Part shown: piece by piece, positions 10,704-22,900 of the stretch
How the letters are laid out: the number at the start of each line of letters is the position of its first letter
Position numbering within the stretch: the stretch's first letter is position 1
Assembly: GCF_001194135.2 (NCBI RefSeq)
Contig: NC_069001.1
Coordinates: forward strand, 21,445,652-21,480,635
Reading direction: 5' to 3'
Source of the DNA: Octopus bimaculoides
Lineage: Eukaryota
DNA length: 34,984 nt
Notes under the pieces: generated by a model
Databases searched by the model: none
What the model saw: only the letters and a program-made list of their open reading frames with translations
Told to the model about the DNA's origin: nothing
Position numbers and translations under genes: made by a program

Positions 10704-12420
10704 AAAATTTCACAACGGACTGGCATCGTCTAGAAATTGAAATTGCTGCAGGTTGCACTATATTGGTCATCTCGTTTGTGCTTGTTATTGAGATGCTACT
10801 TAGATCAACAGACTGCTCAGAAGAAACGGCTAAAGTGAAATCACTCAAAAATGCATTCATGGACTACATAATAATACTAATAAGGGACTAAAAGGTTATG
10901 CAAATAGTTCTGGATAGAGTGGTTAGACGAGACTGCGATTTAAGGCAAATAAAGCGCGCAGTCTAACTTAAGCGATACGTCGGCAGATGCTATAGAAGTT
11001 CAAAATAGCAGGAGAAAACTCCTAATAGTTGATGACAAACGTGTAAAAAGCTAAGGACGATGGTATGCTTACTCGTTGTCTGATAGGAGTAAGGCGATTT
11101 GAGATTATGGTACAGACCGACGACGGGTTGAAAGCCATACACACGTCTAAACCACTGGCAAATAGAAGAGCTTGTGCTTACATTTTGGCCTATATCCCCG
11201 CATTGCTTGGTCCCTGTTCATATATGAAGTAACATTGTCGAGAGTGAAGACCATAGGGCGTCAGGAGATGGCTTCGTCTGCTTTGAACAATTATCAGTTC
11301 AGCACTATATCAGAAAAGAGGGTTTCTTCAACTACCTATAATACCAATTGTCGAGATCTAGAAGTCTGGAAAAAGTGTTAACGGTAATAATGTTATGTGA
11401 ATCCCGAGACGTAGAAATACGGGATAATCTGCCAGATATCAAAACTGCACGAGAATAGTGAGCAGAGAAAGAAACTGATGACATCATAGCTGTACTGGAA
11501 CAGTGAAAGCGATTGAAGATGACCGAAAGGAGATTAGTTTCAATACACCAATCTATTTTAATCACTTTCGACAATGACACTGCGGGTGCGCAAGGCTGTT
11601 GCCAATGGCTGTGTTAAAGCTAGAGAAGCGGAGTAAAAGGGAACTACATTTGTTTCAATGCCTTCAGCAGTGTCAGATAACAAGGCGAGAAGAAGAGGTT
11701 ATTGAAAGGAACGTGCGTTGGGATGGGATCTGGAATGGAACACATCTGGATTGAATTTCCTTCTTCAAGCCACCTTTGATGCACTACAATCCACTTGCGA
11801 TCTGCTGAGGTGGAAATCATCGAATGACGACAAATATAGATGTGGAAAAGTCGATCCACTAAAGCATATCCTACCTAACTGTTCAATGGTGTTGGAAATG
11901 TATACACGGAGACAGAATAAGGTCCTCAAAATTCTCTATAATATAGTCAAGAAAGAGATGGAGTCAATCATGGTGACAAGAAACTGCTGAATGATTGCAG
12001 TAAACAGTCTATCACGTTTATCCGGCAAGATCAAGATGGTTACCCGAGACAGAAGAAAACTGTGAATGAAGACAACTGGGACGGAATAGCAAATCATGCA
12101 AAATGTGAACGCTTCTTTACAATACCAACAAAGGAAGAAGCCGGATATGAGAATATGGTGTGAAGAAGTAAGATAATTAACTGTTCCACACAATGACAAT
12201 TTAGATGCAGCCCAAGTTAGAAGAGACGAGCGTTATGAGATGCAACAGGATGACTATATAGATGCTGGTTAGAGTGCACTACACTTTCTTGCAGAGGTTG
12301 AATGTAGAGGTTTTATTGGGACCAGACTTAGACGATGGCAACTTTCGATTGGAGATCCAGACAACAGCTGAGAGAGCAGCCACAGGATATGGCTAACAAG
12401 GAACGATAAAACTTAGTTGG
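10704..12420 (+). mobile_element. Second 5'-truncated HERO/NeSL-type RT-RLE retrotransposon, more decayed
   Basis: KFTTDWHRLEIEIAAGCTILVISFVLVIEMLLRST...NAFMDYI; LNFLLQATFDAL...LLRW...YRCGKVDPLKHILPNC...YTRRQNKVLKIL; PDMRIW...LTVP...EVECRGFIG. Collinear with the 1331-3245 copy. Confidence 0.85.
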
Positions 12421-12649
12421 AAAAGCGATGATCCCGAAATGGATTTGATTTAGAATACTAGTCAGTCGAAACAGTAGGTGAGGGCCTCAAATCAGTGAGT
12501 GGGAGTCGGTATGATTTAAAACCGCGAGTGGAAGGTCCCGAAATATTGTGCATTCTTTCCAGATGATCTTTGAAACCTACTGGCATCAAGAAAGTGGAGA
12601 TTTTCGACTGCCTACACTTACAATAGCAAAACTGTTTCCAAGTTTGTAT

Positions 12650-13950
12650 ATATTTCACCGATTTCAAATGTGTAGTTATTTCTTCATTTTGAAATTATTA
12701 AGATCTCCGTTGAGATCTTAATGGACTTATAATCTATCTGCTCCTATAAATTTCCTGTCCAATGCGCAGATCTGACCGATGTTGTAATATAGAAGACCCG
12801 TATTTTCCATTCAATCAATTCTCCCGTTGCATGCCATCCACTTTTCTTTTCAAAAGAAGAAACAAACACCGAGACAGCTTAATGCTCGCTACGTCTCATG
12901 GAAACTAGGAGTGTAAAGCAATGAAGAAAATATTGCAGGTTATTTTAGCGAACGTTACAATAATTGCGCCAGTTCAGCGCTCTGAATTATCTGTTATTTT
13001 AGAGATCTTAGAATGATAAAAGAACAAATAAATTTGTGCGAGTTGAGAGTGCTTTCAATTCAGAAAAGGAAATGTTGGAATAAAAGCAAATCCAGTGTTT
13101 AGAATATTGACAAACACTACTCATATACAAGTAGTATGTGTATGTTCACGAATGCTCAGCTGGGTCTTCTAATTAATTGGAGACTTTAATGATTTTTCTT
13201 TTCTGTTTGATGAGAATGTTGAGAAGGTTTTGTACATTCTATGAATAAGGTGAAACGTATTTAATGTAAGTCACATAAACTGGAGGTTATGGAATAAATG
13301 GTAGTGAGCAAACAAGTCTGGTTGAAGAAGACAAGTCTTTACAAAAGCTGTCACTTCATCTGTGACGTCTAACACCAATTAGTAAAGAACATTATACTAC
13401 CAGCTACGTTGCTTCGAATTTCTGCATTGAATTGCTCAGAAGTTTCAGTTTCTTTCTTGATTACTTCGCAAGTGTGAATAGCCTGTAAGGTGGGTAATTA
13501 TCTCGGTCGACGTTACTTTTCTGTTTTTCAGTATTTCGCGTTTCGAGGTTTGAAAGGTGAAAACTATTGGTGAAGAAACGTAGAAATGAACTCTTTTTTC
13601 TCGGGACGAATAACTGTTTACCATTTCACAAGCCAATTCTAGCTTTGTTGCTGTGCTACGCCTTCGCAGGCCGGGTCCAACGATGTTCTTTTTTGCCTTC
13701 ATTCACTCAAAGGTGCAGGTACCATAGTTAGGATAACGTAAACCTTTATGTTTCGCATCGAATAAATATGTAAAGATATTCTCGTCGATAGCAGGTTGTT
13801 GCCAATGCCTTTTTACGTATTCACTTCTAAGCTACTAATCAGTTTCTCTTTTACTCTAAAACTAAGAAATTCCTCTTTGATTTTTCTTTTTTGCTAAATA
13901 TGCCACTGAATTTTGATTGCCATTTAACTTGTACACTATTCGAATTCCAG
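12650..13950 (-). mobile_element. Possible highly decayed pogo/Tigger-like DNA transposon remnant
   Basis: Broken minus-strand peptides QKRKIKEEFLSFRVKEKL, WQQPAIDENIFTYLFDAKHKGLR and GLRRRSTATKL resemble a CENP-B-type HTH region. No DDE motif or terminal inverted repeats were recognised. Confidence 0.3.
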
Positions 13951-15233
13951 ACATGTTTCTGTGCCGAGGGAGACACGTTCATCTTCTAGTAATAGGTCAT
14001 TATCCATTCAATTGTGGTCTGAATTTGAGTAAACAACTACTGTACAACCTATATTAAGCCTATTTGCTTGCCTAATGTCAAGGCTATCTCTGGATGACCT
14101 GGATGACCCACTGCAATCTGAATAAGTCCAAATTGGAGCATGAGAGAAACCGATCTGAAGCCCGTCAGTCTGTTGAAAAAGCTTTACAAGATCTTCATAG
14201 CCTTTGCACCCTACCCTCCAATAGGCTACTTCCACATAATCTTTGCGTGCGCCCAAGATTCCATTCCAGTAGACCACTAATAATAATGAGCGAGTTGTTC
14301 CAAGGAAAGTCTGTAGGCAATTATAGAAATCCGACCGTAAGACTCCTGTCTGAGAGCATACGGCCGCCAGTCTAAAAGCACAGTCATTGCTTCATTACTA
14401 CTCATATCCAAGACCACCAACTTACCGACCGTACTCGCTTTTATGTTTAAACCTTTCCTAAACAGCACCATCACACTATTTGATTCAGGTCAAGCAAAGG
14501 TGACATAAATCTCGTAGTCGTCCAGAAGAAAACCCAGCGACTACTTTTCGGTAACCCTGGTCTTGATAATGTTACTGCAATCCATACGTAATAACCTGAT
14601 ATCTTTGAGCAAGTGTCTATGCATCCAGCCTATTCGTAGTGTTGTCTTTACTGGACAAAGAGGAAGTGAAGGAAAAAATTGTATTTCTGTGTATTATGGC
14701 TTTTTATTCTTCTGGATTCAAGTTATGACCAGGCAGACGCAATATCTTGAAATTTTGTACGTCAGTAATAGTAGTTATTGCAGCCTATGTATATACTTGC
14801 TTTTGCATCCAGTACCCCATTTTATTGTAGAATATTTTCTTGTTTCTACTTTAAAAGTCGAATACATTTTTCGTTTGCGTAGTAGCATTGCATTTGCTCC
14901 ACTATCCATACGAATGTGTGTGTGTGTATCTACATTTATTAGTATTTTCTTTTAACACGTTATACCAATTACTATGTAGTTTATTGACTCTAAATCTAAT
15001 CTATATACCCATTCCTTTAATAGGTAAATAATAATGCCACTACAATTACATTGGAATTTGGTTATGTCTGAAGTGTTTATGGATTTTGATTGGAGTTAGA
15101 AATATATCAGGAAATATATCAACCTTTATATCTCAAGTAGGCCTCGGCAAAAAAACTGGATTTATCACAATAAAATGTTTCGTGTGTCTGGTATTGACAA
15201 CTTAAATATCATCTGCATCATACTTCATTTCAG

Positions 15234-15297
15234 CAGCAAGTACACAGCTGGAACATCACACTCATCATTTTAGGAATACTCGCATCATATAACGAAG
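15234..15297 (+). other. Candidate host coding exon (QQVHSWNITLIILGILASYNE-G) with a NAGNAG acceptor
   Basis: tacttcatttcag|cag|...aacgaag|gtaatt. Exactly one frame is open, and it encodes a short hydrophobic stretch. No homology was recognised. Confidence 0.3.
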
Positions 15298-15709
15298 GTA
15301 ATTATTTATTATATTTAATATGTGGATCACAACTTGGGCTAAAGTTCACCTTAAATTGCCGTATCAAATTTCGTGGTACACTGGGAAAGGGTTGTGCATT
15401 TATCTAAATGCTGTCAGGCTTGCAATCATTGAAATTATCTAAACGAATATAGCCATAAACTGAATTTATATTTTTTATTACCTACGTATGACTATGCACT
15501 ACATAATCGAATTCAATAGAGCTATGGAATCATATTGAAACTAAGCTATCGATCATCCGAGTAATTCTCAGGAGTAGAAAAAAAAGGAAAAAAAGACTAT
15601 GCTTATGAAATTGAATTTGAGATAAAATCTTCTATCAGACCACTTAGTCGAAGAAATTACCATAGTCGGTTACATGAAACTTAAAAAATGACAAATACCT
15701 ACTTACATA

Positions 15710-15736
15710 CTTACACAAACACACACATACACACAC

Positions 15737-15768
<32 letters not shown>

Positions 15769-16255
15769 NNNNNNNNNNNNNNNNNNNNNNNNNNNNNNNN
15801 NNNNNNNNNNNNNNNNNNNNNNNNNNNNNNNNNNNNNNNNNNNNNNNNNNNNNNNNNNNNNNNNNNNNNNNNNNNNNNNNNNNNNNNNNNNNNNNNNNNN
15901 NNNNNNNNNNNNNNNNNNNNNNNNNNNNNNNNNNNNNNNNNNNNNNNNNNNNNNNNNNNNNNNNNNNNNNNNNNNNNNNNNNNNNNNNNNNNNNNNNNNN
16001 NNNNNNNNNNNNNNNNNNNNNNNNNNNNNNNNNNNNNNNNNNNNNNNNNNNNNNNNNNNNNNNNNNNNNNNNNNNNNNNNNNNNNNNNNNNNNNNNNNNN
16101 NNNNNNNNNNNNNNNNNNNNNNNNNNNNNNNNNNNNNNNNNNNNNNNNNNNNNNNNNNNNNNNNNNNNNNNNNNNNNNNNNNNNNNNNNNNNNNNNNNNN
16201 NNNNNNNNNNNNNNNNNNNNNNNNNNNNNNNNNNNNNNNNNNNNNNNNNNNNNNN

Positions 16256-16290
<35 letters not shown>

Positions 16291-16320
16291 GCACATATAT
16301 ATACACACATATATAATTAT
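15710..16320. repeat. (CA)/(TA)n microsatellite around an N gap (15769-16255)
   Basis: Seen directly. Confidence 0.95.
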
Positions 16321-16954
16321 TTATATTATTGTTCAATTGAATGCCACGCATTCATTTCCAAATAAGTTTATCGTAACCTTATTGATGCGACTCTACTCTA
16401 TACTGTTTCCTCCCCGTTCTTCTCTAACTCCCCTTTTCTCCACCGTTTTCTGTCTCTCTCTCCCTCTTTCTCCTTTCTCTCGTTACTCACACGTGACCAT
16501 CGTCCATCTTTCTTTACCTCACGTGACCATCTCCCTTTTCCTGCACGGACGTTCTAAGGACTGGACGTCTTCTATCTCTTCTATCTTTTCCCATATCAAA
16601 GAAAATATTTCTCTCAGCGTTTACTATTTTGCCCTCGTTCTGGTCTAACGACCCTCCATGCTTGTTTTAGTTCGGTTTCCTTGTACGTCTCCACTGTCCT
16701 GTTTTTGCTCCTAATTTTAACCCTCCATAAAATCAAAAAATTTATTTAGGAAGTTATGGGAGCAAATGTCTTCGAAGACTCATGTTATCTTTGAATGCTC
16801 GAAATGAGGATTAGATAGACAGACGAAAACTGATGAAGGGTCGTTCCTTGTGTTACTTGTCCTCTTTTCCACTTTCTTCTCGTTGTTTGCATTTTTAATT
16901 AGTTTGTTTTCGTACTTCATGTTGTTTTCAGTTGGTGACATCCGGTACCCATAT

Positions 16955-16990
16955 ATGCATATATATATATATATATTATATGTACACACA

Positions 16991-17060
<70 letters not shown>

Positions 17061-17085
17061 CACTCACACACACACACACATAAAT
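16955..17085. repeat. (TA)n/(CA)n compound microsatellite
   Basis: Seen directly. Confidence 0.95.
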
Positions 17086-18009
17086 ACTGTTTACAGGTGT
17101 TATCGAAAATACACTTGAAAATAAAAAGCGGATGTATGGAATTGTCTTCGTAATTAGTGTGAACCCAATGTTATGTAGATGTCAGTTAATAGTTTTGATC
17201 CCATCTACATTAAGCTTTCACCAAATATTAGTCATCAGGCTTCTCGGTCATTCTTATTTGACAAATAAAATGAATTTAACGGCAAAAATATATCTGTTGC
17301 AAAAAATATACTCTTTGAGAAGGCTGCTTGCAAAACCTGTTTACACTGTCATATTGTTTCTAAATTTTGGAATAGAATTATTTCACTATCATATAGAAAT
17401 TAAAACCCGTAGAATGCTTAATAATTAGGCTTCATTGTTGTCTTTAAGTAAGAACCCGTAGATTCTGGGAATTCGACTTTACAAAAACTGAAAAAAATAT
17501 GGAAAAGAATAATTGTAATGCCTATGCAGAGACTCGTTGACTGAGTACATAAACTGAATACCAGATTCTCGTTACTTGGAGAAAAACATTGTTCTTATAG
17601 CTATTACATAGATTATAATACAATTTAAGCTTATTTAAGACGAGTGTTATCTGTAACCCAGACTATTCACGAATATACATTTAAGTCCTAGAGAAATGAT
17701 TTTCTCTTCAAACTTACTTAAGTTTGAAGAATCACGACAAAACAGGTGTTTGGCAAAACACACGGGCTTCGTATTCCATCGATACTTCGTAAAATTAATC
17801 ATGATGCCCTTCCTTTAAAACATGTGGCATTGTGCCTGTGTCATAAACCAATATAATTATCAGGAATATATTCAAATACAGCTGATAACTTTACGAAAAT
17901 ACTTGGTAGTGAAATACATGGGTAGAGAAACATGTTTAACCTAATAGAATACACAATAAAAGCAATAAGCAATTTTGGGAATATTTGCAATTCTACCAAC
18001 TTTTAGAAC

Positions 18010-18037
18010 ACACACTCTCTCCCTCTCTTCTCTCTTT

Positions 18038-18080
<43 letters not shown>

Positions 18081-18100
18081 ATATATATATATATATATAA
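18010..18100. repeat. (CT)n/(TA)n microsatellite
   Basis: Seen directly. Confidence 0.95.
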
Positions 18101-18102
18101 AC

Positions 18103-18326
18103 TTTTATCTTTGACTTGTTTCTGTCATTAGACTGCGTCCATTTTGGAGCACTGCGTTGAAAAATTTTACTCGAAGGAATTGACCCCATTACTTATAGAT
18201 TTTTTAAAGTCTGGTAATTATTTCATCATTTTCGTTTGTCGAATCGCTAAGTTGCGGGGGTGTAAACACCCTAACGCCTGTTGTTAAGCAGTGGTAGTGA
18301 TCAACCACAGATACAAATATACACAC

Positions 18327-18395
<69 letters not shown>

Positions 18396-18453
18396 CCTAC
18401 CTACCTACCTACCTACCTACCTACCTATCTATCTATCTATCTATCTATTTATA

Positions 18454-18516
<63 letters not shown>

Positions 18517-18607
18517 GCGATAGTAATCTTTCAGTTTCCATCTACCATTCACAAGGCTTGGCTTGGCCCGCAGCTATAATAGAATACACTTACCCAATGT
18601 GCCATGA
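18103..18607 (-). mobile_element. SINE family A (tRNA-derived, CORE-like), with a (TATC)n/(TACC)n array in its middle
   Basis: Reverse complement aligns by eye with the plus copies at 18712 and 33006 (ttgggtaagtgtattc...; ...gtgtttacacccccgcaacttagcgattcgac; tail gaaacaagtcaaagataaaa). Confidence 0.8.
18328..18516. repeat. (TATC)n/(TACC)n tetranucleotide array
   Basis: Seen directly; lies inside the SINE A copy. Confidence 0.97.
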
Positions 18608-18711
18608 TATTATTGCGTCACGAGGCAGATGAAGTTGGATGTATAGTGAGCGCTAGCGTAAAGCGTTAAAACAGAAGAGAGAAAACAATATACGAATTAA
18701 AAGAAAATAAA

Positions 18712-18869
18712 GAGGCGTGGCTGTGTAATAAGAAGTTTGCCTTCCAACGACATGTTTCCGGGTTCAGTCCCGCTGCGTGGTACCTTGGGCAAGTGTCTTC
18801 TACTATAGCCTCGGACCGACCAAAGCCTTCTCAGCAGATTTGGCAGACGGAAACAGAAAGAAGCCCGTC

Positions 18870-18901
<32 letters not shown>

Positions 18902-19113
18902 CTATGTGTGTGTGTCTTTGTCTTCTCAACACCACTTGACAGCCGGTGCTGGTGTGTTTCCGTCCCCGCAATATAGCGGTTCAACAAAATAGAATAAGTA
19001 CTAGATGTAATAAAATATGTCCTGGAGTTGATTTCTTCGACTAAAACCCTTCAAGGTGGTGGTCCAGCATAGCCGCACTCAAAATGACTAAAATAAGTAA
19101 AAGAATAAAAGAA
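18712..19113 (+). mobile_element. SINE family A, near full length
   Basis: Head gaggcgtggctgtgt, B-box-like GGTTCAGTCCC (18761-18771), CORE-like accttgggcaagtgtctt, internal (TA)n/(TG)n, tail aagtaaaagaataaaaga. Repeats at 33006, 34812 and, inverted, at 18103 and 30334. Confidence 0.88.
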
Positions 19114-20054
19114 GAAAGTGAAGAAAAGGGACAAGAGAAGAATTATTTGAGTTCAGGGAGAGACACAGCAAGAGGAAATTTAGGAAAATAATTTATAATA
19201 AAATACTGATAAAAGTATACATAACTGGTGGAAATCTGAGCATTTAGAAATTGATAAGAGAAAATCAAGTAGGAAGTTTTAGAGGGTGAACAGCAGCAGA
19301 TAAGACAAAAAACTGCGTTTTGGAAACATTTTTACATAGTTAGAGGGAGTGCTAAGAGTATAAAGATGGTAGAATTATAAGTTCCTGTAGTAGATTAAAC
19401 AGCAGGTAATGAACAGCCAAAAAGGGTCGAATCAGAACGTATGGCATGGTAGAGCAGGGAAGAGTTGAGTGACGAATGACAAATGGTCGGAAGAGGGAAA
19501 GAAGGATCTCCTGAGGCAGTATAACGAAACGAAAAGGAAGTAAGAGGAGTCGAACATAGCGATGCGAAAAGGAGCTAAGAAGATTGAAACAGTAACAAGT
19601 GCCTGTATGTCTGTGTGTTGTAGGTGTGTGTGTGTGTGTGTATGTGTGTGTTTGTGTACCCGCGTGCACGGGTTTAAGCTACAGAGTCGGAACCGAAAAG
19701 AGGTTCAAAGCGATTGTCAAGCAGAACGGTTGTGGCGGGTTAAGTGGAAGTTGTGTGAGTGTGTTGGAAAAAGCGTGCGTACGATTGTGTATATACGTGT
19801 GTGTGTCTGATGTGTATTCTTGTGCAGGTGCTTGTGTCAGCGAATATATGCGAGTGTTTGTGAAAGAGAAAATATGAATATGAGACACTAAACTATAAAG
19901 AAATAGCTAATATATACTTCAAAAGTAGAAATGAAACTGAGGTAATATCTTTTCTCCATGGAAGTATAACATGTGTATGGGCACATATGGTCAAAACAGA
20001 AAAATATAGTCTCTCCATAGCAATACAATAATTTTCAATATTAGTTTCAGAAAA

Positions 20055-20268
20055 AGGCGGTGAGGTGACAGAAACGCTTGATCGCTGGGCAAAATGCTTT
20101 ATAGCATTTCGTCCGTCTTTGCGTTCTGAGTTCAAATTCTTCTGAGGTCGACTTTGCCTTTCATCTTTTTGGGGTCAATAAAATTGCAGTTGAGTACAGG
20201 AATCGATGTTACCGACTTATCCTCTCCCCCAAATTGCTGACAAAATTGTGACAAAATTTGAAAATAAC
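20055..20268 (+). mobile_element. SINE family B (tRNA-derived; central domain resembles MetaSINE)
   Basis: Head ggcggtgaggtgacagaa, B-box-like GAGTTCAAATTC (20128-20139), core gaggtcgactttgcctttcatc...ggggtcaataaaa. Three other copies occur in the window. The last 21 bp are tandemly duplicated (20248-20289). Confidence 0.85.
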
Positions 20269-21659
20269 GTGACAAAATTTGAAAATAACGTTACCGTTCA
20301 GAAACCTATTCTATATTGAAATATTCACTGCATATAAAAAATGACGTGTACTATTATTGATGGACATATAAAAACAACAACCACTATACATTTACTGCTT
20401 CCTTTCTTTTACGTAAATTGACATTTATATGATATAAACTTTCTAGAAAAGTTATAAAGAAAACATTAGATACGTTAACCGGGAAAGATATGCTAACCGG
20501 TATAAAATATGAACAAATGAGAATTAAAAATAAATAGTTGAATAATATGTATTTATATTAGTTTAGAGCAAAATGCTAGCTTCAATATAATTTGAAGTGG
20601 AGTGCGTCGGGGGTGTATTTACACTCAGTCAAATTGACCTTTTGTGCTAGGATGATATTTGTAAAGCAAACAACATCTTGTGTCATTAAACAGAAATTCA
20701 AATACTAAATCAATACCGGAAATGAGAAGGCAAACAAGGAAAGCGGGGAATGATAAAAACGCATTTATGATTTTGTTAGAGAAAAGTGATGATTTTGTTT
20801 CAATATAGGAAAACAATTTCTCAGTGTACATTTATGTAATATATTGTTTCCGATAAGAAAAAACAATTTATTATTTACGATATACATTCAAATATTTCTC
20901 CGCATACGTGAAATATATGAGGCATTAACATATAGAAATATACTTTTAAAGACAGGCAAACACACACACATACATATCAATATATCTATAAATATATAAA
21001 AATGAGAATGTGTGTCTGTCTGTCTGTCTGTCTGNNNNNNNNNNNNNNNNNNNNNNNNNNNNNNNNNNNNNNNNNNNNNNNNNNNNNNNNNNNNNNNNNN
21101 NNNNNNNNNNNNNNNNNNNNNNNNNNNNNNNNNNTTATCGTGCAGTTACTGTTAATACTTCATTTAGAGAATTAACATTGCTTCGAAATGATGGGTCTGG
21201 TAGGGGCATCTATATATGAAAAAAGTTTTGAAAACTCTTTGTTTTTAATCACCCCCCCCTCCTTCATTATCCTACTCCGGACCTATCTTGATCAATTTTT
21301 TTTGCACTTCAAAACGATGGGAAGAACATTTTCGGTAGCAACAAAAAAATTGTTAATATTTTCAGAGGGAAAAGTGAATGATTTAAAGACGATTTGGCTG
21401 GTGTTTCTAGCACGTCCAAAGATAACCCTCCTCATTTCTTTATCACTCTCGCATGTATTGATGTTTTTGAACATAAATGAAGTGACTCAGAGGTGGGGCT
21501 GAGAGAACTTCATTTCATTCCTCATTTTCATTTATCATCCATTATAACATACGTTTTAGAATTTGTTTTTCTTCTGTTTGTTTTTTTTTCCTGTCTGTTA
21601 TATGTCCCCACATGTCCTTGTAATGTCCCCTCTCTGTTAGCGTCTTATGGGTAATAAAG

Positions 21660-22900
21660 AAACAATTTTTTTCGAATTTTCGTTCGTGTTTTTTGAGAAT
21701 TGCTGATTTTTGAGGATTTGTTAATTGTTTTGTGCTGCATTGCAGCGGTTTGTTTGTGTTTTCTCTCTACGTTTGAGGAGGATCAGTCATGTCAACGACA
21801 AGGAACTTGTCGTATTTAGACCTTAGCGGATCTGAATTGTCGTCATCTGAGGAGGAGCTCGTGCGATCGGTGCAAGAGATGGAAAATGTTTGAAGAAGAA
21901 AAGTTTCGCAGAAGCAACGGAAGTCTCGAGAAGAGAGGTGGACTTANNNNNNNNNNNNNNNNNNNNNNNNNNNNNNNNNNNNNNNNNNNNNNNNNNNNNN
22001 NNNNNNNNNNNNNNNNNNNNNNNNNNNNNNNNNNNNNNNNNNNNNNNNNNNNNNNNNNNNNNNNNNNNNNNNNNNNNNNNNNNNNNNNNNNNNNNNNNNN
22101 NNNNNNNNNNNNNNNNNNNNNNNNNNNNNNNNNNNNNNNNNNNNNNNNNNNNNNNNNNNNNNNNNNNNNNNNNNNNNNNNNNNNNNNNNNNNNNNNNNNN
22201 NNNNNNNNNNNNNNNNNNNNNNNNNNNNNNNNNNNNNNNNNNNNNNNNNNNNNNNNNNNNNNNNNNNNNNNNNNNNNNNNNNNNNNNNNNNNNNNNNNNN
22301 NNNNNNNNNNNNNNNNNNNNNNNNNNNNNNNNNNNNNNNNNNNNNNNNNNNNNNNNNNNNNNNNNNNNNNNNNNNNNNNNNNNNNNNNNNNNNNNNNNNN
22401 NNNNNNNNNNNNNNNNNNNNNNNNNNNNNNNNNNNNNNNNNNNNNNNNNNNNNNNNNNNNNNNNNNNNNNNNNNNNNNNNNNNNNNNNNNNNNNNNNNNN
22501 NNNNNNNNNNNNNNNNNNNNNNNNNNNNNNNNNNNNNNNNNNNNNNTATTAGATGTAATCGTACAAAGCGCAACAGAAAATTTGGAAAAAATGGCAGAAA
22601 CGGTGATCATAGAAGATGTGGGGTTAAGAGACTGGGTGGAGGGCACAATCCCTCGTTGCTTCAAATGTTGCCAAAGAGGCCACATTAGAGCGGACTGCCC
22701 TTCACAGAAACCAGGAGGAAGCCGGGAAGGAACCGGAGAAGATGAAAGAGGAAATAAAGATGAAGGCTGGAGGGCATATCAGAGAAATGTCATGTTAACA
22801 CCAAACAAGATGAAGACAAATATCCGTGAAATGTAAATAATGTAAATAATGTAAAGATGGGGAGTTATGGTGCAGGATTCAGAAAATGAATAAAGACATA
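21660..22900 (+). mobile_element. L1/Tx1-like ORF1 remnant with a gag-type CCHC zinc knuckle, interrupted by an N gap (21947-22546)
   Basis: ATG at 21789 (MSTTRNLSYLDLSGSELSSSEEEL...). After the gap: ...LRDWVEGTIPRCFKCCQRGHIRADC, a CX2CX4HX4C motif at 22657-22698. T-rich leader at 21660-21788. Confidence 0.7.

Noticed and set aside
12500-12580. Possible ribozyme remnant in the 3' region of the second HERO copy (gtatgattt...cccgaaa...cagatga)
   Set aside because: Core nucleotides are degenerate and the stems cannot be supported.
14000-14480. Several overlapping 65-93 aa ORFs; LDWRPY resembles the Tc1 LDWP motif
   Set aside because: Motif spacing does not fit Tc1/mariner and no other domain evidence was found.
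19130-19860. Purine-rich stretch followed by degenerate GT repeats with 68-105 aa ORFs
   Set aside because: No recognisable motif; the ORFs are explained by compositional bias.
21135-21480. Minus-strand peptide DAPTRPIISK resembling the PLE RT RPI motif
   Set aside because: It is a single short motif; the surrounding residues do not follow the PLE pattern well enough.
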